64,000 nucleotides of DNA, taken from assembly GCF_006345805.1 (NCBI RefSeq), contig NC_043014.1:39680001-39744000 (forward strand), given 5' to 3'. The notes under the pieces were generated by a model that made no database searches, had not been told where the DNA came from, and saw only the letters and a program-made list of their open reading frames with translations. The position numbers and the translations under genes are program-made. Shown piece after piece: positions 46,207 to 58,720 of this stretch (position 1 is its first letter; the number at the start of each line of letters is the position of its first letter). Origin of the DNA: Octopus sinensis. Lineage: Eukaryota.

Positions 46207-46718
46207 CCGTAAATCCTCGAGTATAATCCGCATATTTTTCCAAAATTTAAAGGTCTAAATCCTTAGTGCATACTATATATGAGGTTAAAAATGAAAATTA
46301 TTTTCTAAGCAATGTCCGAGTCTCTATTTGCTGTCCAGCAATGTTTATTCAGACACATTTTGTGATGGCGGGCATGAAAATACCTTAAGCTAAGCCTGAA
46401 AGCAATGAAGTCATAAAAGGATCATCCATAAACTTGCAATAAGCAACATTTATTAAACGTTATTGCTGTTATTTCTTTATTTTCTGCAAAGAAAATGCAC
46501 AAAAAAGCTACACGTTTGCATTATGTTATATATACAATAATAATAAAGGACATTACCGTATACATTTTTACAAACCAAGAACATTATATAGACCTCCTTG
46601 ACTCAAGTTAGAGAAGGGGTGCGTATTATACACAAAGTTTAGGTTTTTCAGAGGTACAGCCTCCTAAAAATCCACTGCGTATTATATTCAAGGGTGGACT
46701 ATACTCGAAGATTTACGG
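46207..46718. mobile_element. Tc1/mariner-superfamily MITE (TA TSD, CCGTAAATC(C/T)TCGAGTATA TIR)
   Basis: TA|CCGTAAATCCTCGAGTATA ... TATACTCGAAGATTTACGG|TA, with subterminal CGTATTATA repeats. Confidence 0.85.
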
Positions 46719-46969
46719 TAATCCCTAAAAGGGGTAACTAGAGAAAAAGGGTTTTTAACACAACCAGTTCACAAGATGTTATTTCAGGATAAATACCACA
46801 ATAACTGGCCTCTCAACAGTGTATGTAAATTCAAAATGACATATAAATAGCTTATATTAATATAATACTGCTTCAGTTGCATGTACCAGAGTTTTATTCA
46901 GCCAGGCAGCTGTTTGCAACATCAGTGGATGTTTTATTCACTGTTTTCTATTTTGGTAAATAACAAATT

Positions 46970-47276
46970 CTTATTTCACATCTTTGTTCCTTATTGAGCC
47001 ATGCCTGGCTCATAAGGACCGGTTTCCTTGGCGTATAGGTTCTCCACTTGGACAGGACGCTGGTCCGTTGCAGGTGATCTGCAAGATGCAGGAGGAAAGA
47101 GTGAGAGAAAGTTGTGGCGAAAGAGTCAGCAGAAGTTTCGCCATTACCTTCTGCCGGAGCTGCATGGAGCTTAGGTGTTTCGCTCAGAAACACACACATC
47201 GCCTGGTCTGAGATTCGAACCCGCGATCCCTCGACCGAAAGTCCACTGCTCTAACCACTGGGTCATGTGCCTCCAC
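46970..47276 (-). mobile_element. tRNA-Arg-like-headed SINE
   Basis: Head CCCAGTGGTTAGAGCAGTGGACTTTCGGTCGAGGGATCGCGGGTTCGAATC has good A/B boxes but runs into a SINE body rather than forming an acceptor stem. Confidence 0.7.
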
Positions 47277-47869
47277 TGTTACACATGTGGGTAGTTGCAA
47301 ATACGCATCATTGAAAAGGCTCAAACAGGCCAAATCGAATTTGGCATTCCCACTGACCACTGTTGGAATCATTTTTCTTCTCCCTTCGATATGTATTGTA
47401 GTTTTAACACAGTACACCCATAAGAGATGTTACCTCTGGACAAACACTGCAGTATCTGGCCTATACATTAAGTATCATACAGACATGGTAAAGAACAATA
47501 ATGCAGGCCAATGGGAAAGCCTTGAAGTCTATGAGCATCTTAATATTTTAAGTCATAAACACATTTCATTTAAGAGAATGCAAATGTAATATGCTAATGA
47601 GTTGCCCTATAAACTACCGTATAATCTCATATCATATTCTTCAATTCCTTGCAAATTTTAATTTCTTCTCTATTTCTCAAACATAATCCTTTACATGTGC
47701 TTAATTAATCAATGATTAAATTATCTTAAGACAACTTTTTTTTTAATTAGATTACATAATACTCATATCACTTCTCTCTCTTTCTCTGTTTCTCTGTGTG
47801 TGTATGTATGTGTGTGTGTAAGTGTGTGTGTGTCTGTCTGTATGTGTGCATCACTAAAAGTCGAGAACT

Positions 47870-50085
47870 GCCCAACTATGCCTGCTATGAAAGGTTGCTA
47901 AATGAAGAGAATGAATGGGAGAAAGATAGTCTGCCAAATGTTGACCCAACAGAGGGCCCAGCTATCCGAATTGACAGTACCTTGGTAGATAAAGCAATTG
48001 AGGGTATGAAGACAAGGAAAGACCCCAGCCCATCAGGAATCACCGCAGAGGTCCTTAAAATATCTGGTGGTATTGGCTATAGTCTAGTCACCCGTATAGT
48101 CAATCAGGTGATACATGAAGGAGTCATACCAATGATTGGTGTAGCAGCACCATAGTCAACTGCTACAAAAGTAAAAGTGACACCTTAGAAATAATTACAA
48201 AGATATCAAATTGTTGGATCAGGTATTGAAAGTCACGGAGAGGGTATTAGCCCAACTAATTAGGAAGGGAGTCAGTCTAGATGAGATGCAGTTTGGGTTT
48301 GTGCTAGGGAAAAGCACCACAGACGCTATATTTCTGCTAAGACAGCTGCAGAAAAAATACCTAGTCAAAGATAAATGCCTATACCTAGCTTTTGTTGACA
48401 TGGAGAAAGCCTTTGACAGGGTCCCCTGATACCTTATTTGGTTGTCAATGAGAAAACTAGAGATAGATGAATGGTTAGTGAGAGCTGTACAAGCCATGTA
48501 CAGGGATGCTGTCAGTAACGTGAGGGTTGGCAATGAGTACAATGAAGAATTCCGGGTAGGGGTCCACCAAGAATCAGTCCTCAGCCCCCTCTTATTCATC
48601 ATCAGGCAATAACAGAGGAATTCAAGACAGGATACCCTGGAAGCTTCTCTATGCTGATGACCTTGCTCTAATAGCTGAGTCACTATCAGAACTAGAGGAG
48701 AAGTTTCAGGTTTGGAAGCAAGGTCTAGAACTGAAGAGCCTTACAGTCAACCTAGCAAAAGCCAAAGTCTTAATAAGTAGGAAGGCAGACAAACCATGAA
48801 TCCCTTTAGGTAGATGGCCCTGCTTGATCTGTAGAAAAGGCTTAAGTAGAAACTCCATAATATGTACCCAGTGTAAGCTATGGACACATAAGAGGTACAG
48901 CAATATCGAAGGAAGGCTAACTGGGAAGATAGTTTTTGTATGTGGCAGATGCTCAGGAGCAATAAACACTTAGAATGTGCAGAAAACAGCTTCTGTCACA
49001 TTCCAGGGGGAAAAACTACAAGTAGTTGATAGCTTCCGTTATCTAGGTGACCTAGTCAGTAGTGGGAGTGGATGCTCTGAAAGTGTAGCTGCTAGAAAAA
49101 GAATAGCTTGGGCAAAGTTCAAAGAGCTCCTACCTCTGCTGGTGACAAAGGGTCTCTCACTCAGAGTAAAAGGTAGACTGTATGATGCATGTGTGCAAGC
49201 AGCCATGCTACATGGCAGTGAAACATGGGCCGTGATTACTGAGGACATGCATAAGCTTGCAAGAAACAAAGCCAGTATGCTCCACTGGATGTGTAATGTC
49301 AGTGTGCATACACAACAGAGTGTAAGTGCCCTGAGAGAAAAGTTGGACTTCAGAAGTATCAGATGTGGTGTGCAAGAGTGACAACTGCACTGATATGGTC
49401 ATGTGTTGCAAATGGATGAGGACAGCTGTGTGAAAAAGTGTCACACCCTAGCAGTAGAGGGAACCTGTGGAAGAGGTAGACCTAGGAAGACCTAGGATGA
49501 GGTGCTTAAGCACGGTCTCTGAATACTGGTCCTCACCAAGGCAATGACAAGTGACCGAGACCTTTGGAGATATGCTGTACTTGAGAAAACCGGGCAAGCC
49601 AAGTGAGACCATAACCGTGGCCTATGCCAGTGCAACATAACCAGCCCATTTAAGAGTACCCTTCAATCATTGGGCAATAAACTGCACTTGCGAAGACCTG
49701 TTGAGGCAAGTGAAATCTTTGTTGTGGTCCATGATAGTACCGCCTGATTGACACCCATGCCAGAGGCACGTTAAAAGCACCATTCAAGCATGATCATTGC
49801 CAGTGCCATCTGACTGGCTCCCATACTGGTGGCACATAAAAAGCACCATTCAAGCATAACTGTTGCCAGTGTTGCCTGACTGGCTCCTGTGCCGGTGCCG
49901 TGTAAAAAGTATCCACACTATATTCTCGGAGTGGTTGGTGTTAGGAAGGGCATCCAGCTGTAGAAACTTTGGCAGATCAGATTGGAGCCTAGTGAAGCCT
50001 TCTGGCGCACCAGCCCTCAGTCAAACCGTCCAACCCCTGCCAGCATGGAAAGCAGAAGTTAAATGACGACGATGATGATGATGAT
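47870..50085 (+). mobile_element. 5'-truncated, degraded RTE-clade non-LTR retrotransposon (RT domain, 3' UTR, (GAT)n tail)
   Basis: Frameshifted RT pieces (QFGFVLGKSTTDAIF...AFVDMEKAFDRVP; YADD at ~48650; LRVKGRLYDACVQAAMLHGSETW). The 3' UTR has ~65-bp internal repeats and ends GACGACGATGATGATGATGAT. Confidence 0.92.
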
Positions 50086-51103
50086 GTGTGTGTAGGTCTA
50101 TATATTTGAATACTATCTTTAACATCTCATGACATTCTTAATTGCTTAAATTCAGTCTGACTATAAAATTTACATATCTAAAATCGCATTAGAACACATC
50201 ACACTTGAGATGCTAAATACAATTGACCCAGTCATTAATAAAACCAAGTACTCAACCAAACTTCGTCACTATTTTACCATCCAAATCTAATTAGGTTATC
50301 ATGTAGGCACAGGCATTGCTGTGTGGTAAGAAGTTTGCTTTGCAACGACATGGTTTCAGGTTCAGTCCTACTGTATGGCCCCTCGGATAAGTGTCTTATT
50401 CTATAGCCTTGGGCCAACCAAAGCCTTGTAAGTGGATTTGGTAGACAGAAACTGAAAGAAGCCTGTTGTATGTATATATGTGTGCATGTCTGTGCCTTTG
50501 TGACATATATACATATATGACAGTAAAGGCTATAAGAGGAGAAGATGCAGATATGTTGTATTGCAAAGCCTTTATAAGTGGGGGTGTTGAGCCCAGATAC
50601 ATACATATATGTATGTATATATGTGTGTGTGTATATACATATATGTATGTATATATATATATATATATATATAAAGTTAATCCAAACAAGAAGGCACAAA
50701 AAACACAACAATGCGAGGATGTGGAACAAATATAGTATTATTGGACGATATATATATATATATATATACATATTCATATACATATACATACACACACACA
50801 CATATATATATGTATGTATTAATCAAAGTATATAGTATTTTAGATTCATTACAGCCAATCTTACCAATTGGTTTTGCACTGGATATAAGATAACTGGGTT
50901 GTTATATAATTGATGTGCTCTTCAGGGATGGCAGATATGGTAAAATTATAATGACAGCCTTTCCTGAAGTTGTCCATTTCCATTTTCGCCAGGGATTTTA
51001 TTATGGTAGAAATGTAAACTCAAAATTACTGAATAAAAACAGAAGTGGTTGGGGTGGTAAAATTACTTTCAAAATGCTGCCAGAGAGTAAACAGAATGTA
51101 AAA

Positions 51104-51316
51104 GTACAATATTTGCATTGGATGGGCAGGTATCCTCACCTTGTTTGTTGCTACCACAATGTTTCAGCTGATGTATTCTCCTGCCTTCGTCAGGTGTCCT
51201 TGTAGAATTTTGAATCATGATGACACCTGATGAAGGCTGGAGAATACATCAGCCAAAACGTTGTGGTAACAACAAACAAGGTGAGGACACCTATCCGTCC
51301 AATGCAAATATTGTAC
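51104..51316. repeat. Inverted repeat, 95-bp arms (10 mismatches), 23-nt spacer; each arm has a hammerhead-like core
   Basis: Arms 51104-51198 and 51222-51316. Confidence 0.92.
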
Positions 51317-53292
51317 ATAATTCCTCATCTCTAAAATATAGAACAGAATGAAAATGGTTCTTTTATTTGTTTCAGTCATTTGACTGCAACTATGCTGGAG
51401 CACCACCTTTAGTCGAGCAAATCAACTCCAGGACTTATTCTTTGTAAGCCTAGTACTTATTCTACCGGTCTCTCTTGCTGAACCGCTAAGTTACAGGGAT
51501 GTAAACACACCAGCATCAGTTGTGAAGCGATATTGGGGGGACAAACACAGACACACAAACATGTACATATTTATACGATGAGCTTCTTTCAGTTTCCATC
51601 TTCCAAATCCACTCACAAGGCTTTGGTCAGCCTGAGGCTTTAGTAGAAGACACTTGCCCAAGGTGCCACACAGTGGAACTGAACCTGGAACCATGTGGTT
51701 GGTAAGCAAGCTACTTACCACACAGCCACTACTGCACCTATAAGGCTGGGAACCTTTACTTTATAATATTCAATCTCAACTACTTTTCCTTTGTTTGCTG
51801 GTGTTATTAAACTTTAGCATTTAAACCAGCTATATCCAGCCCAGATAATCTACTTATTTTATGTTCAGACAAGCTAGACCTGGCATCTCACACTTACCTT
51901 AAAATATACAATCTAAAAATATACAATCACATCATTGAAATCTCAAAGCTATGAGGTAATGCATGATGAATTTAAAACAATGTAATTAAAAAAGCATTAC
52001 CTTTGGCAGAGTAATCTGAATGCTAAAAGGTTAATGCTTTAATTTTGACTATGTTCTTGAAACCCCTGAAATTATATAAATTGACTCTTCTGAAGATACT
52101 AACTCTCTGCTACACACACATAAGCCCATTCTATACATTGTTACTCATCTTGATACTCTTAGTGGATTTAATCTCTTATACATAGTAACAACCACTGTGT
52201 GCAAGACAAATCTATCACCTCACTATGTTTAATGATCTCACATGGTGATCTACCATATATAGCATATACAAAATTTTCTCTCCAGCAGTAGAAAACACAT
52301 AGACCGGATTAGTTACTTTTGTAGATTTCCATGACTCTCTGTCGGCATCCAACTCCATTATTATTAATTTGAATTGGAAGCTTGAGTCGTAGTGAACCTT
52401 TTGTTAGTTGTGGCTGTGTGGTAAGTAGCTTGCTTACCAACCACATGTTACTGGGTTCAGTCCCACCATGTGGCACTTTGGGCAGTGTGTCTTTTGCTAT
52501 AGCCTCAGGCCAACCAAGGCCTTGTGAGTGGATTTGGTAGACAGAAACTGAAAGAAGTCCTTCGTGTATATATATATATATATATATGTTTGTGTGTGTG
52601 TGTGTGTGTGTTTGTGTTTGTCCCCCACCATCGCTTGACAACTGATGTTGGTGTGTCTATGTCTCCCATAACTTAGCGGTTCAGCAAAAGATACCAATAG
52701 AATAAGAACTTGGCTTACAAAGAATAAGTTCTCGAGTCAATTTGTTCGACTTAAGGCACTGTTCCAGCATGGCCACAGTCAAATGACTGAAATAAATAAA
52801 AGAGTAAAAGAGTAACTATGGATGCCACCCCTATAGATGCTTTGCAGTTACTCTTTGATAGGGCTTGGTGATCCTACCCGTCAATCTAGGATTCCTCAGC
52901 TCAGTATCGATGTAAGAAGCTCCATTGGCCCAGTTGAGCTCTTCTGCTACTCCTCACAATCGACCATTCTGCAGTTCCACAACTTTGCTATATCTCTGGG
53001 AGGGTGGCTGAACAGATGCTATGCTCTGCCAAAGGGCAACCTGTAACTATGCAGAGCACAGCTGTCACTCTGTGCGGTAGTTTCAAAATATTTACATACC
53101 CAAGATCAGTTACTAACACTTTATAAAGCTCAAGTAAAACCCACATCAAAATACTATTCATATATGTGAAACTATACTAATATTGCACACACAAATCTTA
53201 AATAAGACTGTTGATTGACTGATTGACAAATATTAAAGCACACAACATGTTTCAAGCACTTGTCACTTGACTGTGTTGTTTCTTCTCTTTCT

Positions 53293-53674
53293 TACTAGCA
53301 GTATCGCATGGTGTTGCTCGGGTTTGTTTCGACCCTTTAGAAGTGGAATTTTTGAAAAGTAAAAATTTTGCATTTTGTAGCTTGAAGTGAACATTTTTCT
53401 GGTTGAAATACACTGAAGAATGGTGACACAGCTGTCAAAAAATCGTAAAAAGTAGGGATTTTCATAGAAAAAAAGCACCTTTTTGATGTAAAAAATTTTT
53501 GGTGTTAACATGGTCCGATTTAAATTTTATCTTCTACGGAATGAAGAGCAAGCCTTCTTCTATCATATTCTCAATTTTGGTCAACTTGCGCCACAGGATC
53601 TCAGAGGAGATAGTGTTAGTTGAAGGCTACCAAACCTACCACACACAGACAACTTCAGCTTTATATATAGAGAT
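53293..53674 (+). mobile_element. Non-autonomous Helitron/Helentron-like (HINE/DINE-type) element
   Basis: Starts TACTAGCAGTATCGC...GTTGCTCGGG and ends CTTTATATATAGAGAT, termini typical of such elements. Recognised by pattern only. Confidence 0.45.
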
Positions 53675-54890
53675 TGCTATTACAATGGCTTCTAAATTTG
53701 CTTGTATACCTGTTCCATTCAGATACCTCTCCCCTCATGCCTCTCCTCTTATAGCTTTCACTGTCTTCTCTCACACAGTAAACCATTTTAGCAGCAGTGA
53801 AAGAGGAAGACACTATGATAATCCAGAAATTAGAATAACAAATCATAGTACTAGCTGTAACAGCAATAAGAGAAGTGGGAATTTAAACTTTTAAAGGAAT
53901 AAGAATTTACTGACCATGTGGATATTTTTGTCTGACAGTAATAACAAGAAATACACAAACCTATTTAAGAGATCTGGCAAATTGGCTGTTACAGAGTGTC
54001 ACATAGAATGTCTTATGATATTTATTTTGATTCTTTGAGTTTTTAATTTAAATTCTACTGAAGTCAACTTCCTCTTTCATCCTTCCAGAAGTGATAAATA
54101 TAGCACTAGTCAAATACTAAGGTTGGCTCTTTTCTCTCTTTCTCAGCATTGGGTATTTTGTACTGTGAGAGTGATTGAGGGAGACACTGGTCTCTTTCCT
54201 CTGGAAATGGAGTCAATGAAGGCTAAACTCTTTATCATAGAAAATCTGATATATTGGAACTGTCCAAGGAAGGCCCAATGTGCAGTAAAGCACAGAACAA
54301 AATAACAAAATGATTTCAAAAGGTGATTCGAGTTGAAACAATTCTTTGCTCTGATGGACAATAAAACAAAACTTAGTAGTTTAGCCTTATTAAATATACA
54401 AGGAGAGATCACTGGAGATAGTGAATCCTAGCCTTTATAATTGTTATGAGAATTGGAGGTACGGGACTGTTCATTGTGCAATCAGCAAAGGTCCTCATTA
54501 TTGAAGAGTTTGTTGAGAACTGTTGATGTCAGCAGCATATAAGATATGGAATTTAAAAGGGACAGAATGGAGAGTTGCATCACTACAATGGGGTTAAAAA
54601 TAGAAAAAAAAAGAAGCAAAGTTAATGTGTAGAATGGAAGAAGGGATCAACTGAATAATAGATGCTTAATTGAAGTTCACAGTTTTTGTGAGATTCTGGG
54701 TGGTGGCTAACATGTATCATCCACATTAATTGTCTCAGTTTTAACAACACATGGTCTTAGATCAAGTTTTCTAGACAAGTACATCACTGAAATACAGTAA
54801 TCTGTATCTGCCGATAAGATGTTATGTTTATAATATTCTAAACGATATAAAAATAAATTAGTCCTACGTACTTTAATTTATAAAGAACAG

Positions 54891-55307
54891 GGATCTTTTC
54901 GGTTTGAACGGCAGTTTTTTCTAGCGGTGTCATATGAAATTGTCACCCATAATTATGACCCTAGTATCGATCTATTGCATTTCAATCTGTTTTAGGTTTA
55001 GGGTTAGGGGTGGGGGGAAGGGTATTTTTTTTCTTCAGAAATGTATATAAACCCAATCTGTTTCTTAAACGAGGGACATATTCATACGACACAGAATGTT
55101 TTCACCTCAATAGACGTCATTGATTGGTTGAAATTGCAGAAATTGAAGGAAAAAAACAACAAATATCTTGCAAACTATAGAATTTTCTCAATAAAGCCAA
55201 GAGAAAAAGATGTTTTATAAACACATTCTACAAGTATACGAAGTTTAACATTTTTTTTATATAGCTAGAAATTATGTTAAAAACTGCCGTTCAAGCCGAA
55301 AAGATCC
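54891..55307. mobile_element. Second copy of the 1896-2316 MITE, opposite orientation
   Basis: Same TIRs and reverse-complement internal sequence. No intact TSD. Confidence 0.85.
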
Positions 55308-55309
55308 AC

Positions 55310-56026
55310 TGAAAGTAACAGTCATATTGCAAAAGCATAATATAGTAAGCAGTGAATCTGTGTCAGTGACTAGGTCGCAGTTTGTGTGACGAAAATTTAG
55401 ACGAGTTAGCGATTTTAGAAAAGCTAATGTGTCTTCGACGCTGTGATTGCGATATACGGTCTAGGATCAAAACTTCTTTTTCCAGGCAAATACATTTCTG
55501 AAATTAATATAATAATCTACATCTATTGGTAAGAGGTCATATTTAAAATATTCTAAACAATACAAAATTCAGCTTTATATATACTTTAATTTGCAAATAA
55601 TAATTGTTGTGGAGTTGAGGTGCTGGTATGAATTTCAAAACATCAACATGGGCATTAATCATAATTAGTTAATTATAAACTGAAGGTAAGTCATATTGCA
55701 AAAGCATAATATAGTAGCAGTGAATCTGTGTCAGTGACTAGGTCGCAGTTTGTGTGACGAAAATTTAGACATCAAATAATAGATATTTATGACGAGTTAG
55801 CGATTTTAGAAAAGCTAATGTGTCTTCGACGTTGTGATTGCGATATACGGTCTAGGATCAAAACTTCTTTTTCCAGGCAAATATATTTCCGAAATTAATA
55901 TAATAATCTACATCTATTGATAAGAGGTCATATTTAAAATATTCTAAACAATACAAAATTCAGCTTTATATATACTTTAATCTGCAAAGAATAATTGTTG
56001 TGGAGTTGAGGTGCTGGTATGAATTT
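55310..56026. repeat. Direct tandem duplication, ~370-bp unit
   Basis: 55321 GTCATATTGCAAAAGC... recurs at 55690 with few substitutions and one 23-nt indel. Confidence 0.93.
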
Positions 56027-56555
56027 AAGCCTCGCTACTGCCATTGTTATGACATACAGGAAGTTACATAACTATTTGTCGTCCGTCTGTCTCGCTGACA
56101 ACGAACAGGTGCTCTTTCTTTATGGTTGAGCAGGAAGGGCTCCGAAAAAAAAAATCATTTTGCCCCATATAGGCTCAAACATGACTGCGTGGTTAAAATG
56201 TTTGCTTCACAAATAAGTGGTTCCAGGTTCAATCCCACTGTACAGAACTTTGAGATTGACGTGAGTGTCTTACTTGTCTTCTACTGTAAATGTCAGGTTG
56301 ACCAATAACTTTTTTTTGTGAATGGAATATATTTGTGCAGTCGTTCGCGCGCGCTTTTGCGCCCGAGCTTTGGAGCTTGTTACAGCATACATAATTTTAC
56401 ATAAATATTCTATATTAAAATATAAATCGAATACAGAAGAAAATAGTAATGTAATTAAGTATGCTGTGACAATAAATTCATATTCGTCACTCCCTCGTTT
56501 TAGAGCTTAAAAATAAACCGCGTCTATGTTGCTTCTTAATGTTGGTTCTTCTTAA

Positions 56556-56830
56556 GAAGAGTGGTCCCGGTGCGCGCACTCGCGTACTCGCGCATCCGTG
56601 ATTGCTAGCTAGTCGTGACTAGTCGATCCTTACTTTGTGTTTTTGTTTTATTTACTTTATTTTAAAAAAATTATTTACTTTGTGTTTTTGTGTTTTATTT
56701 ACTTTGTGTAAAAAGATTATTTATTTCGTGTTTTATTTACTTTGCTAGGTAGTCGCTGTAGGATCGACTAGTCACGAATAGCTAGCGCGGATGCACGAGT
56801 ACGCGAGTGCGCGCACCGGGACCACTCTTC
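56556..56830. mobile_element. MITE with ~75-bp CpG-rich TIRs and TTAA TSD (Kolobok-like termini)
   Basis: TTAA at 56552-56555 and 56831-56834. Ends GAAGAGTGGTCCCGGTGCGCGC / GCGCGCACCGGGACCACTCTTC. Internal TTATTTACTTT occurs four times. Confidence 0.82.
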
Positions 56831-57729
56831 TTAAGTAGTGCCCTTAATGTTCTGCAACTTAGTAGTTTGGCAAATAGCACTTGATAAAATAAATATCATA
56901 TGGAAATAACCACTGGGTGCAATATAATCAACTAAAACCCTCGAAAGCGGTGCTCCAGCATGACCACTATCTAATGACTGAAATTATTGAAAAACAAAAA
57001 CAAAAGAATTAAAAAAGTAAAAATATTTTATATGCTTTGTAAAAAGAAAAAAAAATAGATGTAAAAGTAACATAAATAAATAAAAGTTCTAACTAGTCAG
57101 TCTGCCTTGCTTCTGTAGTATTTGACAATATTAGTCACCTTTCTAATTTTAAACTCATTCTAATATATTTGTTCTAACAAGAATTGGATTCATAAATTTG
57201 AAGTCGATAATCCACGTTGTTGACATTGGTTCGTGTCTTAAGTTTGATATAATCTTTAAAACTTGAGTGAGTTAAATTAAGGTAACATAATCTTTGTTCA
57301 GATATCTTAATATTGGAATATGAATGATGAAATATATTTAGCTCTGTCCACTTCGTTCCTTCTTTTAAACCACCTACACCACCAACAAATTAGTTGTAAT
57401 GCTATAGTAATTAATTTATAAAGTTTGTAAACTTTAACAGAAATTTGTTGAAACAGTAGAATATATATAAGGGAAGTAACTTAGTTTTTAACCAATACAT
57501 GACACTAACCATTTGTAAATGATTTTGACTTTTAATCTATAAAAAATGTCATATTCGTCATCTTTTTTAAAAAAAAGATGTTTATAATATATTTTGAGTG
57601 TTTTTTTTTTGCTGTCTTAAATTTCACCGGCAAATGTCAATATAATGTGGTAGAGCTTGGATTACACACACACATACATAAATGATTATGAGATATGAAA
57701 GAGGTATATACCCAAATTCTAAATTAATA

Positions 57730-57786
57730 CTTACATAAATGATATATATATATATGTGTGTGTGTGTATTTGTGTGTGTATATTTG

Positions 57787-57823
<37 letters not shown>

Positions 57824-58013
57824 TCGTATATATGTATATGTATATATATGTGTATATATGTATAGATATATACATATGTATATATATGTGTATATATGTA
57901 TAGATATATACATATGTATATATATATATATATATGAATATGTATATATGTGTATATGTATATATATATATATATGTGTGTGTATATATATATATATGTG
58001 TATATATATGTAC

Positions 58014-58050
<37 letters not shown>
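57730..58050. repeat. Compound (TA)/(TG)/(TATG) microsatellite
   Basis: About 320 bp of alternating purine-pyrimidine sequence. Smaller tracts lie at ~5-42, 775-975, 17400-17481, 25450-25510, 50600-50815 and 62150-62305. Confidence 0.95.
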
Positions 58051-58390
58051 CACGATTGTCATGAAGGTACTATATAGTATTTATTAACTTCAAAGTGTTC
58101 TCTGATAGATTATAGGGATTTACTTTTTGTTAAATCATAAAATTTCATATTTTAAATTAAATGTTTTCTTTTCCTTTCTACCAAGACATATATCTTTCTT
58201 GTATATATGAGTTGATACACTGAAAATTAGAAATACTCAAATCCAATATATATGTACAGTAATTCTTAAGTTGTTTGTTTAACAAACTTTTCTATGTTAG
58301 ATGTGAGTTTTAGTACTCAGGGTTGTCTTAATATTGCAAGCCTCTGAGCAAATCAATGCATTGGACCCTATGGCTATAGTCTGAGACCCC

Positions 58391-58720
58391 CTTTGGTCAC
58401 AACACAGACCATGGGATTGCACCTAGAAAGTTACCCTCCCAGGCACAAGTCCAGGCAAGGTTGTTTATGGAAGACCAACAGTCGCCCATACATACTGGCC
58501 TCCCCTCTCCATGCCACCAGTGTTATCCAAGGGAAAGGCAAAGGCCGATACAGCTTGGCACCTGTGACGTCGCAACTCATTTCTACAGCTGAGTGAACTG
58601 GAGCAACGTGAAATAAAGTGTCTTGTTCAAGAACACAACACACAGCCTGGTCCGGGATTCGAGCTCACAACCTCTCGATCGTAAGCTCAATGCTCTAACC
58701 ACTGAGCCATGCACCTTCAC
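58391..58720 (-). mobile_element. Second tRNA-headed SINE family (TGTGTTGTGTTCTTGAGCAAGACAC...TTGCTCCAGTTCACTCAGCTG body)
   Basis: Head GTGAAGGTGCATGGCTCAGTGGTTAGAGC...CTCGAATCCCGG. Related copies lie at ~11085-11300(+), 27545-27815(+), 59270-59460(-) and 60243-60480(+). Confidence 0.8.

Noticed and set aside
47190-47276. tRNA-Arg-like gene (similar heads at 27545, 29780 and 58720)
   Set aside because: No acceptor stem closes, and each continues into a SINE body, so these are SINE heads.
57624-58064. Ile/Tyr-rich ORFs (also at 797-982, 50274-50835, 17337-17531 and 25321-25657)
   Set aside because: They are translations of (TA)/(TG) microsatellites.
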